Below, in pieces: positions 40,803 through 49,524 of a stretch of DNA of 64,000 nucleotides. The notes beneath the pieces were generated by a model. It was given only the letters and a program-made list of their open reading frames with translations. It did not search any database and was not told where the DNA came from. The stretch's first letter is position 1, and each line of letters begins with the position of its first letter. Position numbers and translations under genes: made by a program. This DNA is from an uncultured delta proteobacterium (GTDB lineage Bacteria; Desulfobacterota; Binatia; UBA9968): the NCBI GenBank assembly GCA_963745035.1, contig CAVUVW010000005.1, forward strand, positions 96,001 to 160,000. The letters run 5' to 3'.

Positions 40803-40852
40803 TGCAATTGATTTCTTGTTGGTAAAGTATTGCAAATGTGTAAGCAAGTCAA
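40803..40852 (-). promoter_or_regulatory. Sigma70 promoter and putative operator of the perR-glpC-like operon
   Basis: Minus strand TTGACT-N17-TACTTT followed by AT-rich AAGAAATCAATTGCA. Confidence 0.5.
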
Positions 40853-40967
40853 ACGGAAATGCCGCGCGTCCACGGCTGTTTGACTTCGGTTTGCAATCGG
40901 GGCGACGGGAGAGTGATTTGGGTCGCGCTGTTTGGCGCGTGCCTTATTGGGTCTAGTTAGTTCGCCT

Positions 40968-40988
40968 GTGGTGAGTTTAGTCGAACCA
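40968..40988. repeat. REP-like element (GTGGTGAG..TGTCGAACC family)
   Basis: gtggtgagtttagtcgaacca; single copy in the window. Confidence 0.4.
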
Positions 40989-41166
40989 CCGCTAAGAAGC
41001 ATGCGGAAATAGCGTATCGGGGAATTGGCCCCCAGCGGTTAAATGAATGATGAAGTCAGCGCATGCTGAACCTCCGGCGGCTCAGGACAGCGTGTCGCAA
41101 GCACCCGAACCATTTTCCAGGCTCGTGCCGGCAGGTCCGAGCCAAGCACCGTCCGGAATCCGGGAT

Positions 41167-41193
41167 TAACGTTCCTCGCACGTCCCCGTCTAA
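41167..41193 (+). promoter_or_regulatory. Putative ECF-sigma promoter
   Basis: TAAC-N16-CGTCTAA, ending 18 bp before the ATG at 41212, followed by an AGGAGG RBS. Confidence 0.55.
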
Positions 41194-41211
41194 CCGGGCA
41201 AGGAGGATCCC

Positions 41212-41628
41212 ATGAGCAAAAAAACACTTGTGTTTGGCTTAATTGCCGCGAGCGTACTCTCGAGCGCGGTGGTGGCGCTGCCAAGTTCCGCTGAGGCGAA
41301 TCACTATGGCCGGTCTGGACGGTACGATAATTACCGGCGCGGGGATCGTCGCAGCGACTGGGGCGAGCTGCGCCGGGATCGGGCAGAATTGCGGCGCGAT
41401 CAGGCGGAGCTCCAGCGCGACCGGTCTGATTTGCGCCGGCTCTATCGCAACGGCGCCAGCCGCGCCGAGATCGATCGCAAGAAGGCGGAAATCCGCAATG
41501 ACGTTCGCGAGATCCGCAAAGACCAAAGGGAGATCCGCGAGGGTTATGCTGACATCCGCCGCGATCGCTACGACTATGACCGGTATTACAACAGTCCTTG
41601 GTCGGGATGGGGTAATGGTCGGTGGTAG
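41212..41628 (+). CDS. Secreted Arg/Asp-rich heptad-repeat hypothetical protein
   Basis: Signal peptide (AEA); repeats ELRRDRA-ELRRDQA-ELQRDRS-DLRR and EIRNDVR-EIRKDQR-EIR; AAGGAGG RBS. Confidence 0.8.
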   Translation: MSKKTLVFGLIAASVLSSAVVALPSSAEANHYGRSGRYDNYRRGDRRSDWGELRRDRAELRRDQAELQRDRSDLRRLYRNGASRAEIDRKKAEIRNDVREIRKDQREIREGYADIRRDRYDYDRYYNSPWSGWGNGRW

Positions 41629-41789
41629 GCGGCCGGTAGGATGTAGCTCTTTGCTCCGACCGGTCTCCAAACCGTTCGTATTGGCTCACCAGGAAGCGGG
41701 CTTCTGCCCGCTTCCTCATTTGCAATTCTTGACTGCCGGCGACCCCTCGCCTTATAAGCCAGATAGATTCTGTGCTTTGAGGAGGCGGA

Positions 41790-42965
41790 GTGATTATCGA
41801 TTGCGATACCCACCTGATGCCGGCCGATGCCTTCGACGCGGTCGGCGAACATCTTGCGGCCCTCAAACCGACGCTCAAGTTCGACGACCAAGCGCTTTAC
41901 GTTGACGTCGACTTCCCCGGCTATCGCGACGTGCCCGGCACGAGCCCTCTGCCGGCGCCGGGCTCCGGCGCGATGTTCCGAAGCCTTTGGAACATTGAAG
42001 ATCGGATGGGCGACTACGACCGCAGGCTCGGCATCGAGCAGCACGTCGTGTTGCCGCAATTTTCCGGCTGGTGGTCCTACCTGATCGAGGCCGAGCTCGC
42101 CTGCGCCATGGCGCGCTCACACAACCAGGCGTTGCTCGGCTTGATGCGGGAATTTCCTGGACGAATTCTCGGCTCAGCCCTGATACCGCTTCAAGATGTC
42201 GCGGCTTCGATCCTGGAGATGGAGTGGGCGAAAGAAAACGGTTTTTGTTCGGTCGTGCTGGACAAGGTATTTCCCGTCGCCGACCATCCGTACAGCGAAC
42301 CGCTCGGCAGCCGCCGCGAGCTCTGGCCGTTCTTCCGGCGCGCCGAAGAGCTCTCCATGCCGATTTATCTTCATAACGTGCAGCACGGCCATCGCATGAG
42401 CAATTTTCCGGTATTTCAACGCGACGGGTTATACGTCTTCGCGCCGCAGGAAGGGCAGATGAGTCTGGTATCGCTGTTCACCAGCGGGCTGCTCGATGCC
42501 TATCCGAAGCTACAGTTCGTTTTCACCGAGGCGGGCACGTCGTTTATCAAGCCATTGGTGGAGTGGCTCGATCGCATTCTGGAGCGGCCGCCGGTGGATT
42601 ACGACGATCAGGAGGCGCCGCTGTCGAACCGCACACTGACCAAAGTCGGCGAGCGGCTGCGGCGCGCCCGGGCGATTCAACCGGCGCAAATTTTTCTTGA
42701 AAAAAATCAAAACCCGGCGAGCCACTATTTCAAAAATAATTTCTACTTCACCATCGAAACCGAAGAACCCGAGCTGGCGGAGGCGGTCGAGTTCCTCGGC
42801 GCGGAACGGTTTTTGTTCGCCACCGACTACCCGCACGACGATCCCGGCGGCAAGATGAAGTTCGAAGACGTCCGGCTGCTCGGAGAAAATCCAAAAATTT
42901 CCGAGGACGCCAAGGAATTGATCCGCTGGCAGAACGCGCGGCGGTTATTCGGCTTGTCCAGCTAG
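41790..42965 (+). CDS. Amidohydrolase_2 family protein
   Basis: IDCDTH, MARSHN, IYLHN, TEAGTSF, ATDYPHDD. Confidence 0.9.
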   Translation: MIIDCDTHLMPADAFDAVGEHLAALKPTLKFDDQALYVDVDFPGYRDVPGTSPLPAPGSGAMFRSLWNIEDRMGDYDRRLGIEQHVVLPQFSGWWSYLIEAELACAMARSHNQALLGLMREFPGRILGSALIPLQDVAASILEMEWAKENGFCSVVLDKVFPVADHPYSEPLGSRRELWPFFRRAEELSMPIYLHNVQHGHRMSNFPVFQRDGLYVFAPQEGQMSLVSLFTSGLLDAYPKLQFVFTEAGTSFIKPLVEWLDRILERPPVDYDDQEAPLSNRTLTKVGERLRRARAIQPAQIFLEKNQNPASHYFKNNFYFTIETEEPELAEAVEFLGAERFLFATDYPHDDPGGKMKFEDVRLLGENPKISEDAKELIRWQNARRLFGLSS

Positions 42966-42969
42966 TCCG

Positions 42970-43458
42970 ATGGCGATCCCCGCGCGCTACAACACGGGCT
43001 ACAACATCGGCGTCGGCGGCGCAGTGGTACGCGACGGGCGCTTGCTGCTCGTGCGCCGGGCCTCGCGTCACGGACGCGGCAACTGGCAGCTTCCCGGCGG
43101 CTTCATCGAGCCGAACGAGACTATCGAGCAAGCGGTGGTGCGCGAGGTGCTCGAAGAAGCCGGAGTGATCGCGGAGGTGGAAGCCGTGCTCGGTCTGCGC
43201 AGCCGCTACGATCCCGACAGCGGCAACGGCATTTATATCGTGCTGGTTTTAAGGCCGGTGAGCGGCGAGCCGGTAGCGGACAATCGCGAGGTCGATCAGG
43301 CGGGCTATTTTACCCTCGAAGAGATTCGCCGGCTGAGCCCGCTGCCGCCTGTCAATTGGGAGATCGCCCAACGAGTTCTGGCCGGTGACCGGCGCTTGCT
43401 CTGGCCCAAGCCACTCGCCAATCTCAACGGCGCCAAGTATACCCTGTTTGTCGGCTAG
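42970..43458 (+). CDS. NUDIX hydrolase
   Basis: WQLPGGFIEPNETIEQAVVREVLEEAG Nudix box. Confidence 0.93.
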   Translation: MAIPARYNTGYNIGVGGAVVRDGRLLLVRRASRHGRGNWQLPGGFIEPNETIEQAVVREVLEEAGVIAEVEAVLGLRSRYDPDSGNGIYIVLVLRPVSGEPVADNREVDQAGYFTLEEIRRLSPLPPVNWEIAQRVLAGDRRLLWPKPLANLNGAKYTLFVG

Positions 43459-43517
43459 AGTCGGGCGTCGAAGTCGTGGGGGCGCACATGGCGGCAGAAA
43501 GCGCGGCGCGCCGCCCG

Positions 43518-44657
43518 TCAACGTTCGGAAGGAAGAATAATCACTTTGATCAGCAGAGGATCGCGCGCGGATTTCGCCGCGAGTTCTCTTTCCGCGGCGG
43601 CAAGCCCTTTCTCGGAATCGATGCTGGCTTCGGCGGCCAATTCTTGGCGAAACTGCTCCAAGTGATGGGGCGCCACGATAAACCAGCGGATTCCCACAAT
43701 CGAGCTTGACGGCGCCGCCGGCGCCGGAACCGCTCGTTGTGCCGCCGCCGATGCGATCGCCGCGTCGGCTTCCGAGCGCTTGCGCAAGGTCTCGCCGCTT
43801 GAGTCTTCTCCCGCGTCGCGCCTCTCCAGTCCCCGGCGGCGCACGATAAATTCAAAATCCGGACTCGGCTCGCTGAGCGGCGACAACGCGCGTCGGGCGT
43901 CAAAGGGCGCGCCGCCAAACGGTTGCCAACTGAGCGCTCCCATACCCGCGCCGATGCCAAAAACATCCGCGCTTGGCGGGGGAGATTGCCTGGCGGTCGA
44001 AACTTCTTGGGTTTGGATCGGCCGCCGCCGTGGTGCGGCGACAACGGTTTCCGGGGGTCTCTCCGGTTGCGAGTCGGCAAGCGATGGAGATGCGGCCTTC
44101 GGCTCGGCTGTCGGCGCTGCGGATTTGGATTGCGTACGCACCGGCGCGGCCGGCGGTGAGGCGGTTTCGGAACGGCCGCGGGTGTCGCGCCTGGCGCGCA
44201 GATCACTGGCGGATTCGGGCGCGCTTTTTCCTGCGCCAGCAACGGCATTGGCGTTCGGCTCGGCTCGCATCGGCGTCGCCGGCGGAGTCGACTCGGTGAT
44301 GCCGGTGTCTCTCAGTCGCGGCTCCTTTTGATACATGAGTACGGCCAGGACTCCGACCAGCAGCACGGCGGTAGCTTGGATCGGCACCGTCGATCGAAGG
44401 ACAGCGAACAGCCGTTGCCAGAGTCGCGGTTCGAGCTCGATTTCCCGCGCATGGGCCACGACTCGCCGGGCAAAACCAGCGGGTGGTTCGAGCGACGGCA
44501 AATCGGCGACCAAGCCGATGCAATCGGACAATCCGCGGGCTTCCGCGCGGCAAAACGGACAGGACGCAAGGTGGCTTTCGATGCCTTTCATGCGCACCGC
44601 GTCCAAGGACTTTTCCAGATAGCCTGAGAGCTGCAACTCGACTTCCTGACAATTCAT
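43518..44657 (-). CDS. Zinc-finger (ZAS, zf-HC2) transmembrane anti-sigma factor
   Basis: MNCQE...HLASCPFC, one TM segment, Pro/Ala-rich periplasmic tail; overlaps the sigma stop codon (ATGA). Confidence 0.88.
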   Translation of the reverse strand: MNCQEVELQLSGYLEKSLDAVRMKGIESHLASCPFCRAEARGLSDCIGLVADLPSLEPPAGFARRVVAHAREIELEPRLWQRLFAVLRSTVPIQATAVLLVGVLAVLMYQKEPRLRDTGITESTPPATPMRAEPNANAVAGAGKSAPESASDLRARRDTRGRSETASPPAAPVRTQSKSAAPTAEPKAASPSLADSQPERPPETVVAAPRRRPIQTQEVSTARQSPPPSADVFGIGAGMGALSWQPFGGAPFDARRALSPLSEPSPDFEFIVRRRGLERRDAGEDSSGETLRKRSEADAAIASAAAQRAVPAPAAPSSSIVGIRWFIVAPHHLEQFRQELAAEASIDSEKGLAAAERELAAKSARDPLLIKVIILPSER

Positions 44658-45232
44658 ACAGCCTTCCTTCCCGCGCGAAAATACGCCGCAAGCCGCGCCT
44701 TGAGCGCCTGGCGCGCCCGATGCAGACGGGACTTTACCGTGCCGACGGGAATCTTCAGCACGCGCGCTACATCTTCATAAGAGACGTCTTGGAGGTCTCT
44801 CAACAGAATCACCGCGGCGTCTTCGGGCTCCAGCTCATTCAAGGCGCGCTGCACGCTTTCGCGCAGCTCCTTTTTCTCGAGGGATTCGGCCGGTCCGACC
44901 TGGCCGTCGTCGACCATGTCCGCGCCGTCGATCGGCACCAGCCGTTTCTGGCGCGCGCTCGTGCCTTTGCGACGGGTGGTGGCGTGGTTGAGCGCGATGC
45001 GGTAGAGCCAGGTGGAGAAATTTGCTTCGCCGCGAAACTGGCCGATGGCGCGGTAGGCCGACAGGAACACCTCCTGCGACGTTTCGGCGGCATCGTCGTA
45101 GTCGCCCAGCATGCGGTACACGAGATTGAAAATGGTTCTCTCGTGGCGCCGCACGAGCACTTCGAAAGCGCCCGTGTCGCCGCGCTGAAGCCGCCGGACG
45201 TAAACTGCGTCGCTGATAGATTCGGGCGCCAT
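44654..45232 (-). CDS. ECF RNA polymerase sigma factor (RpoE/SigW-like)
   Basis: AFEVLVRRH, QEVFL, FSTWLYRIALN, SYEDVA..LKIPVGTVKSRLHRAR; start placed downstream of its promoter. Confidence 0.93.
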   Translation of the reverse strand: MAPESISDAVYVRRLQRGDTGAFEVLVRRHERTIFNLVYRMLGDYDDAAETSQEVFLSAYRAIGQFRGEANFSTWLYRIALNHATTRRKGTSARQKRLVPIDGADMVDDGQVGPAESLEKKELRESVQRALNELEPEDAAVILLRDLQDVSYEDVARVLKIPVGTVKSRLHRARQALKARLAAYFRAGRKAV

Positions 45233-45244
45233 CGACTCAGCAGG

Positions 45245-45274
45245 ATTAGACGGATCTCTCAAGAGAAAAGTTCC
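45245..45274 (-). promoter_or_regulatory. Autoregulatory ECF (sigmaE-type) promoter
   Basis: Minus strand GGAACTT-N16-GTCTAA immediately upstream of the sigma gene. Confidence 0.75.
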
Positions 45275-45295
45275 CCAAAATCTGCCCCGGCGGCG

Positions 45296-46654
45296 CTAGG
45301 GAGCCTCGGCCAGTTCGGTTCCGATGGATTCCGGATCCGGCATAGGCCGCTGCGTACCGCCGAGTTGCTCCCGCAGCCGATTGAGCCGCCCTGCCAGAGT
45401 TTTTAGCCGGTTGATTTCCGGCGCGCCCAGCCTCTCTATCGCGAACGCAGTCTTATTATGCCGGAGCGGCTCATCCAAGTCGATCCAGCGGCGGCATTGC
45501 TCGCCGTCGGGAGTTCCGGGAATCGGGGAGAATTCCGAAAGCATGACCTTGATTCCCAGGCCGTGCGCGAAGAGCAGAGAATCCTCGACGGCCTGGTCGC
45601 CGCCGCTGGGGTGGCCGACGATGAGATAGGCATGAATCCGGCGCGCGTCTGCGCCCGCCCGCACGAGATTTTCCACCGCGCGCGCCACCTCATCGGAATA
45701 CACTTTGCCGCCGGTCTTTTTCTGCCAGACAAAAGCACTGCTCTCAAAGCCGAGATAGATGTTTTTGAATCCAGCGGCGATCAGTAGGCAAGCCAGCTCT
45801 TTATCGATAAATCGCGCGTTCATGGCGTTGGGCGTGTGAAACTGAATTCGCATATCGCGGCGCAAGATTTCGCGCAGAAACGGTCCGAGCATTTTTTCCG
45901 GCCGGTAGAGCAACGCATCGTCGTAAAAGGCGACGTGCTCGACGCCCAGGCGCGCGAGAAAGTTTAACTCGGCGAGCGAGCGCTCGAGTGGGCGAAGGTG
46001 AAACTTGGGGTAGATTTGGGGCACCGAGCAGTACGTGCAGCGGAACGGACAGCCGTCGGCAAGTTTCAACACGCCGGTGGCGAGCTGCGGATAGAGGTCC
46101 CACAGCGGAAGTTTTTTCTCATCAGGGCACAAGCGCAAAAACTTCCAGAGCGGCGCAAGATCAGAGCCCGCGACGACGAGATCGGCGCCGAGAGCGCGCG
46201 CGTGGTCCGGGCAGATCGTAGCGTAGACTCCGCCCAGGATGATTTTCGTTTCCGGAGCGAGCCGGCGCAGGGTTTCGATGACTTCGCTCAGCCCGAGATA
46301 CCAATAAGTCATGCCGGTTTGCACGAGCGCGTAGTCGAAGGGGCGCTGCGCGCGGAGAAAACTCTCCAGCTCGGCGCGCGGCAGTCCGAAGCGGTGAAAT
46401 TGTCGCGGGACGGCGGCGAGCGCAGAAGGTTTTTCGACCGGCACCGAATAGAACGAGCCGCGCCCCCACCGATCGCCGCGATACTTGGCGGGCGGCACGC
46501 GGCGATCGAGCCGATCGAGAAAATCGAATAAGGCGAAGTCGGCCTGACCGCGCAGGAATCCGGCGACGCGCAGCATGCCGTAAGGTTTCAACCAGAAATC
46601 ATAAGCGGAGAAATCGTAGATGGGCGGATTGAGGAGCAGGATGCGCGGTCTCAT
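45296..46654 (-). CDS. B12-binding-domain radical SAM protein
   Basis: ILLLNPPIYDF, IILGGVYAT, GCPFRCTYC, FYDDALL, HTPNAM, LGFES. Confidence 0.9.
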   Translation of the reverse strand: MRPRILLLNPPIYDFSAYDFWLKPYGMLRVAGFLRGQADFALFDFLDRLDRRVPPAKYRGDRWGRGSFYSVPVEKPSALAAVPRQFHRFGLPRAELESFLRAQRPFDYALVQTGMTYWYLGLSEVIETLRRLAPETKIILGGVYATICPDHARALGADLVVAGSDLAPLWKFLRLCPDEKKLPLWDLYPQLATGVLKLADGCPFRCTYCSVPQIYPKFHLRPLERSLAELNFLARLGVEHVAFYDDALLYRPEKMLGPFLREILRRDMRIQFHTPNAMNARFIDKELACLLIAAGFKNIYLGFESSAFVWQKKTGGKVYSDEVARAVENLVRAGADARRIHAYLIVGHPSGGDQAVEDSLLFAHGLGIKVMLSEFSPIPGTPDGEQCRRWIDLDEPLRHNKTAFAIERLGAPEINRLKTLAGRLNRLREQLGGTQRPMPDPESIGTELAEAP

Positions 46655-46662
46655 TCCGACGC

Positions 46663-47595
46663 TCAGACGGCTTCCTTCCACAAATAGCTGAGCTCGGCGG
46701 CGACCACTCCGTCATACGGCGCGTCCGCCTTGAGCAAGCCAATGTCGCGCGCGAAGCGATTCATGCGCGCAACTTTTTCTTCCGAGATCGTCGGATCATA
46801 ATAGGGCAGATCGCGGCGCACCAGCTCAGCGATCAGTTCGGCTTCCGACGGCGGAAAGCGTTTTCTGCCGACCGCCGTGGCGCGGTTTGGGTCTTCCTTC
46901 AGCGACCGGTGCGCTTTCATCAGCGCGCGGATCGCCGCGCGCGCCGATGCGGGTTCCGCTTCGATACGCTTGTCGGTGGCGACCAGCGCGGAGAACGTGT
47001 AATCCCGGGCGGCCGCAGGCCCGTCGCCGCGGCGCACGTCGAGCACCATCGCTCCGACGCCGCGGCGCACGGCGACTTCGCAGCCCATGCCATTGGCCCA
47101 AAAACCGTCGAGCTTGCCTTCTTCCAGAGCCTTCGCCGCCGAGAGGCCGAAAGAAACGTTGGGGCCCGCCGCGCCGGGGATCGGCATGATCTGGACGTTG
47201 TTTTTTTCCGGATCGATGCCGGCCTCGACGAGCATGCGCTGCAAGCTCAGATTGACGCCCGGCGCAGCGCCGATGCGCAGCCCTTTGACGATGCTCAAGT
47301 CGCCGCGCTTGGGATTCAAATCGCTGCGAATCACCAAGAACCAGTAGGTGTGCTGGCCGCAGGCGGCGAGCAGCTTGGCGCCCTGCCATTCGGGAAAAGC
47401 GAGCAAGGTGGCGTGAGCCGAGCCGACGACGAAATCAAGCTCACCGTCGCGCAGCGCTTCGAACGTTTTCGGAATAGGAAACAACAAATCGACCGAGGCG
47501 TCGAAGCCTTCTTGCTTAAAAAATCCCAGCTCCACGGCGGCGATAATCGGAAAATAGGAATTTGAAACCAAGTCCGGCACGGCGATACGTAGCAT
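46663..47595 (-). CDS. NitT/TauT-type binding-fold protein without a signal peptide
   Basis: Begins directly MLRIAVPDLVSNSYFP; GFFKQEG, KGLRIGAAPG, LEEGKLDGFW. Confidence 0.85.
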   Translation of the reverse strand: MLRIAVPDLVSNSYFPIIAAVELGFFKQEGFDASVDLLFPIPKTFEALRDGELDFVVGSAHATLLAFPEWQGAKLLAACGQHTYWFLVIRSDLNPKRGDLSIVKGLRIGAAPGVNLSLQRMLVEAGIDPEKNNVQIMPIPGAAGPNVSFGLSAAKALEEGKLDGFWANGMGCEVAVRRGVGAMVLDVRRGDGPAAARDYTFSALVATDKRIEAEPASARAAIRALMKAHRSLKEDPNRATAVGRKRFPPSEAELIAELVRRDLPYYDPTISEEKVARMNRFARDIGLLKADAPYDGVVAAELSYLWKEAV

Positions 47596-47632
47596 GGTTT
47601 ACTCCCGGCTTCAGTCTTACATGTCTTTGCTC

Positions 47633-47705
47633 GAACGATGGGAACGGCTGAACCGACGGGAACGGTTTCCATTGTTCAAAAGTTCCCGGCGTTCCAAAAA
47701 GTTGG
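47633..47705. repeat. Inverted array of about 9-bp GAACG/CGTTC tandem units
   Basis: gaacgatgggaacggctgaaccgacgggaacgg ... ttgttcaaaagttcccggcgttcc; related to 55423-55463. Confidence 0.65.
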
Positions 47706-47820
47706 ATCGACCATTAGGATATGGATACCGCCTCGAACTTGAGCTTGATATATTCGAAATGGGACTTTTGGTCCCGGCCGGTGTAGAGCCGGGTGATTTT
47801 CATCCTGTCCTCCCGAGAAA

Positions 47821-48243
47821 CTAAATCTTGTATTCCAATCCGGCGGCTTTGATGCCGGCAACCACCGCGGCTTCGTCTTCGTCCGCGCTGGCGCCGCTGG
47901 CGCCGGCGGCGCCGATGATCGCGTCGCCGTCCATGATCAGCACGCCGCCCGCCACCGGCACGACTTTGCCGCCGCTCATGTCGGAAAGCGAGCCGAGAAA
48001 TGCCGTCATTTCTTTCAACCGATTCCCGAGATGGCGGCTCGATTCGCCCATGCCGACGGCGCCCCAGGCCTTGCTCACCGCGATCGTCGGCCGCAAAATG
48101 CTGGCGCCGTCGTCGCGCTTGAGCGCTTTCACGTGTCCGCCGTCGTCGAGCACGGCGACGCAGAGCGGGCGGATCTTGGCGGCGCGCGCGTGAGCGAGCG
48201 CGTGATCGACGATAAGGGAGGCTTTGTCGATGGTCAGCTTCAT
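47821..48243 (-). CDS. GlcG/HbpS family heme-binding protein
   Basis: VAVLDDGGH, RDDGA, IAVSKAWGA, AGGVLI, IGAAGASGA...DE. Confidence 0.9.
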   Translation of the reverse strand: MKLTIDKASLIVDHALAHARAAKIRPLCVAVLDDGGHVKALKRDDGASILRPTIAVSKAWGAVGMGESSRHLGNRLKEMTAFLGSLSDMSGGKVVPVAGGVLIMDGDAIIGAAGASGASADEDEAAVVAGIKAAGLEYKI

Positions 48244-48280
48244 GTTTCTTACCTCGAGCGGCAACGGGCGGCCGCGGCGA

Positions 48281-48931
48281 TCACAAAGAGATCTGCCGCT
48301 TGTCCATCGCCTGGCGCCATTTTTTCTCGGCGTCCGTGCCGAAGATCAGATCTTTGTCCGGCGCCACGAGCACCCAGGAATTCGCCTCGATCTCGCCTTC
48401 CAACTGTCCGGGCGCCCAGCCGGCGTAGCCGAGAGTCAGCAGAAACTGCCGCGGCCCTTTGCCCAATGCGATGGCCTCGATCAAGCGCGTGTTCGAGGTC
48501 ATCGCGATGCCGTTGGGGTTCTTGATCGTGCCTTCCAAAGTGACTTCGTCGCTGTGCAGCAGAAAACCCTGGCGCTCGCTTACCGGGCCGCCGTAGTGGA
48601 TGGTAATCTCACTCAGAGCCCCTTCGACGTCCGATCCGAATCCTTTCAGCAGATCATTGAGCGAGCCCCGCGCGATCGGCCGATTGATGACCAAGCCCAA
48701 GGTGCCGTGGGCGTCGTGCGTGACCATGTAGATGACCGCTCCGACGAAGCGCGGGTCTTTCATGGCTTCGGTGGCGACCAGGAGCTGGCCGGCGATCGGT
48801 TGCTTACGTTCCGCGGCTGCAGGCGGGCGGGACGGATACAGAAACCAGGCGAGCAGCGCGAGCACGGCGATCCAGGCGACGGATGTCGCGGCGCGAGCAC
48901 GGCGATCGATCGAGCTCATCACGCAAGCCAT
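48281..48931 (-). CDS. YqgE/AlgH (DUF179) family protein with an N-terminal hydrophobic segment
   Basis: GQLLVAT..MKDPRF, GLVINRP, YGGPV, LGYAGWAPGQLEGEI..NSW. Confidence 0.9.
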   Translation of the reverse strand: MACVMSSIDRRARAATSVAWIAVLALLAWFLYPSRPPAAAERKQPIAGQLLVATEAMKDPRFVGAVIYMVTHDAHGTLGLVINRPIARGSLNDLLKGFGSDVEGALSEITIHYGGPVSERQGFLLHSDEVTLEGTIKNPNGIAMTSNTRLIEAIALGKGPRQFLLTLGYAGWAPGQLEGEIEANSWVLVAPDKDLIFGTDAEKKWRQAMDKRQISL

Positions 48932-48938
48932 TGCTCGT

Positions 48939-49370
48939 TTATCCGCGCACACGCGGTCCGACGCTTTCGATCGCGATGCGAATGATGACGCGCTTTTCAC
49001 GCACCATCCTCTCATGAAACTCGGGCCAGCTCTTGTGCTCGCCGTAGGCTTGGCGGTGCAGATACACCAGGGTTTCCAACGCGTCGGGCAGAGAGATAAT
49101 CTCAGCGGCGCCGTTGATCTGCACCCAGCCTTCGCCGTGGAACGAGCTCGTGATCGCGCAGAGAGCGGCGCGCGGGTCGCGGCGAAGATTGTTTACTTTG
49201 TAGGCGGTCTCGCGGCTGCTGATGACCGCCCGGCCCGCGCTATCCAAGCCGACGGTGACGGGCGACATCTGCAGGCCGCCGTTTTTCCGGCGTGTAGTCA
49301 GAATTCCCCAATGGTGGGTTCTCAAGAATTCTTGGGCATGGTCGATTTCAACGGGAGCAAATTGCGCCAT
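48939..49370 (-). CDS. PPOX-class (F420-dependent-like) split-barrel oxidoreductase
   Basis: LTTRRKNGGLQMSPV, KVNNLRRDPRAAL, WVQING.AE, EKRVII. Confidence 0.85.
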   Translation of the reverse strand: MAQFAPVEIDHAQEFLRTHHWGILTTRRKNGGLQMSPVTVGLDSAGRAVISSRETAYKVNNLRRDPRAALCAITSSFHGEGWVQINGAAEIISLPDALETLVYLHRQAYGEHKSWPEFHERMVREKRVIIRIAIESVGPRVRG

Positions 49371-49524
49371 TTCGTGTCACCTCAATTACGCTGCGAGCGC
49401 TTCGTCAAACTAGAATACCGCATGAGTGGAATGCAAGAGGTTGTGATCATCGCGCGAAGGATCGCGGTTATCTTGACCGGCCAGCGGCATTGCCCTATAA
49501 CGAAACCAGATCGAGGCGCGACCA

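Noticed and set aside
41019-41177. Assignment as c-di-AMP (ydaO), fluoride riboswitch or 6S RNA
   Set aside because: Only fragments (GCTGAA, CCCGAACC) match and the core conserved motifs are missing; kept only as an unassigned candidate.
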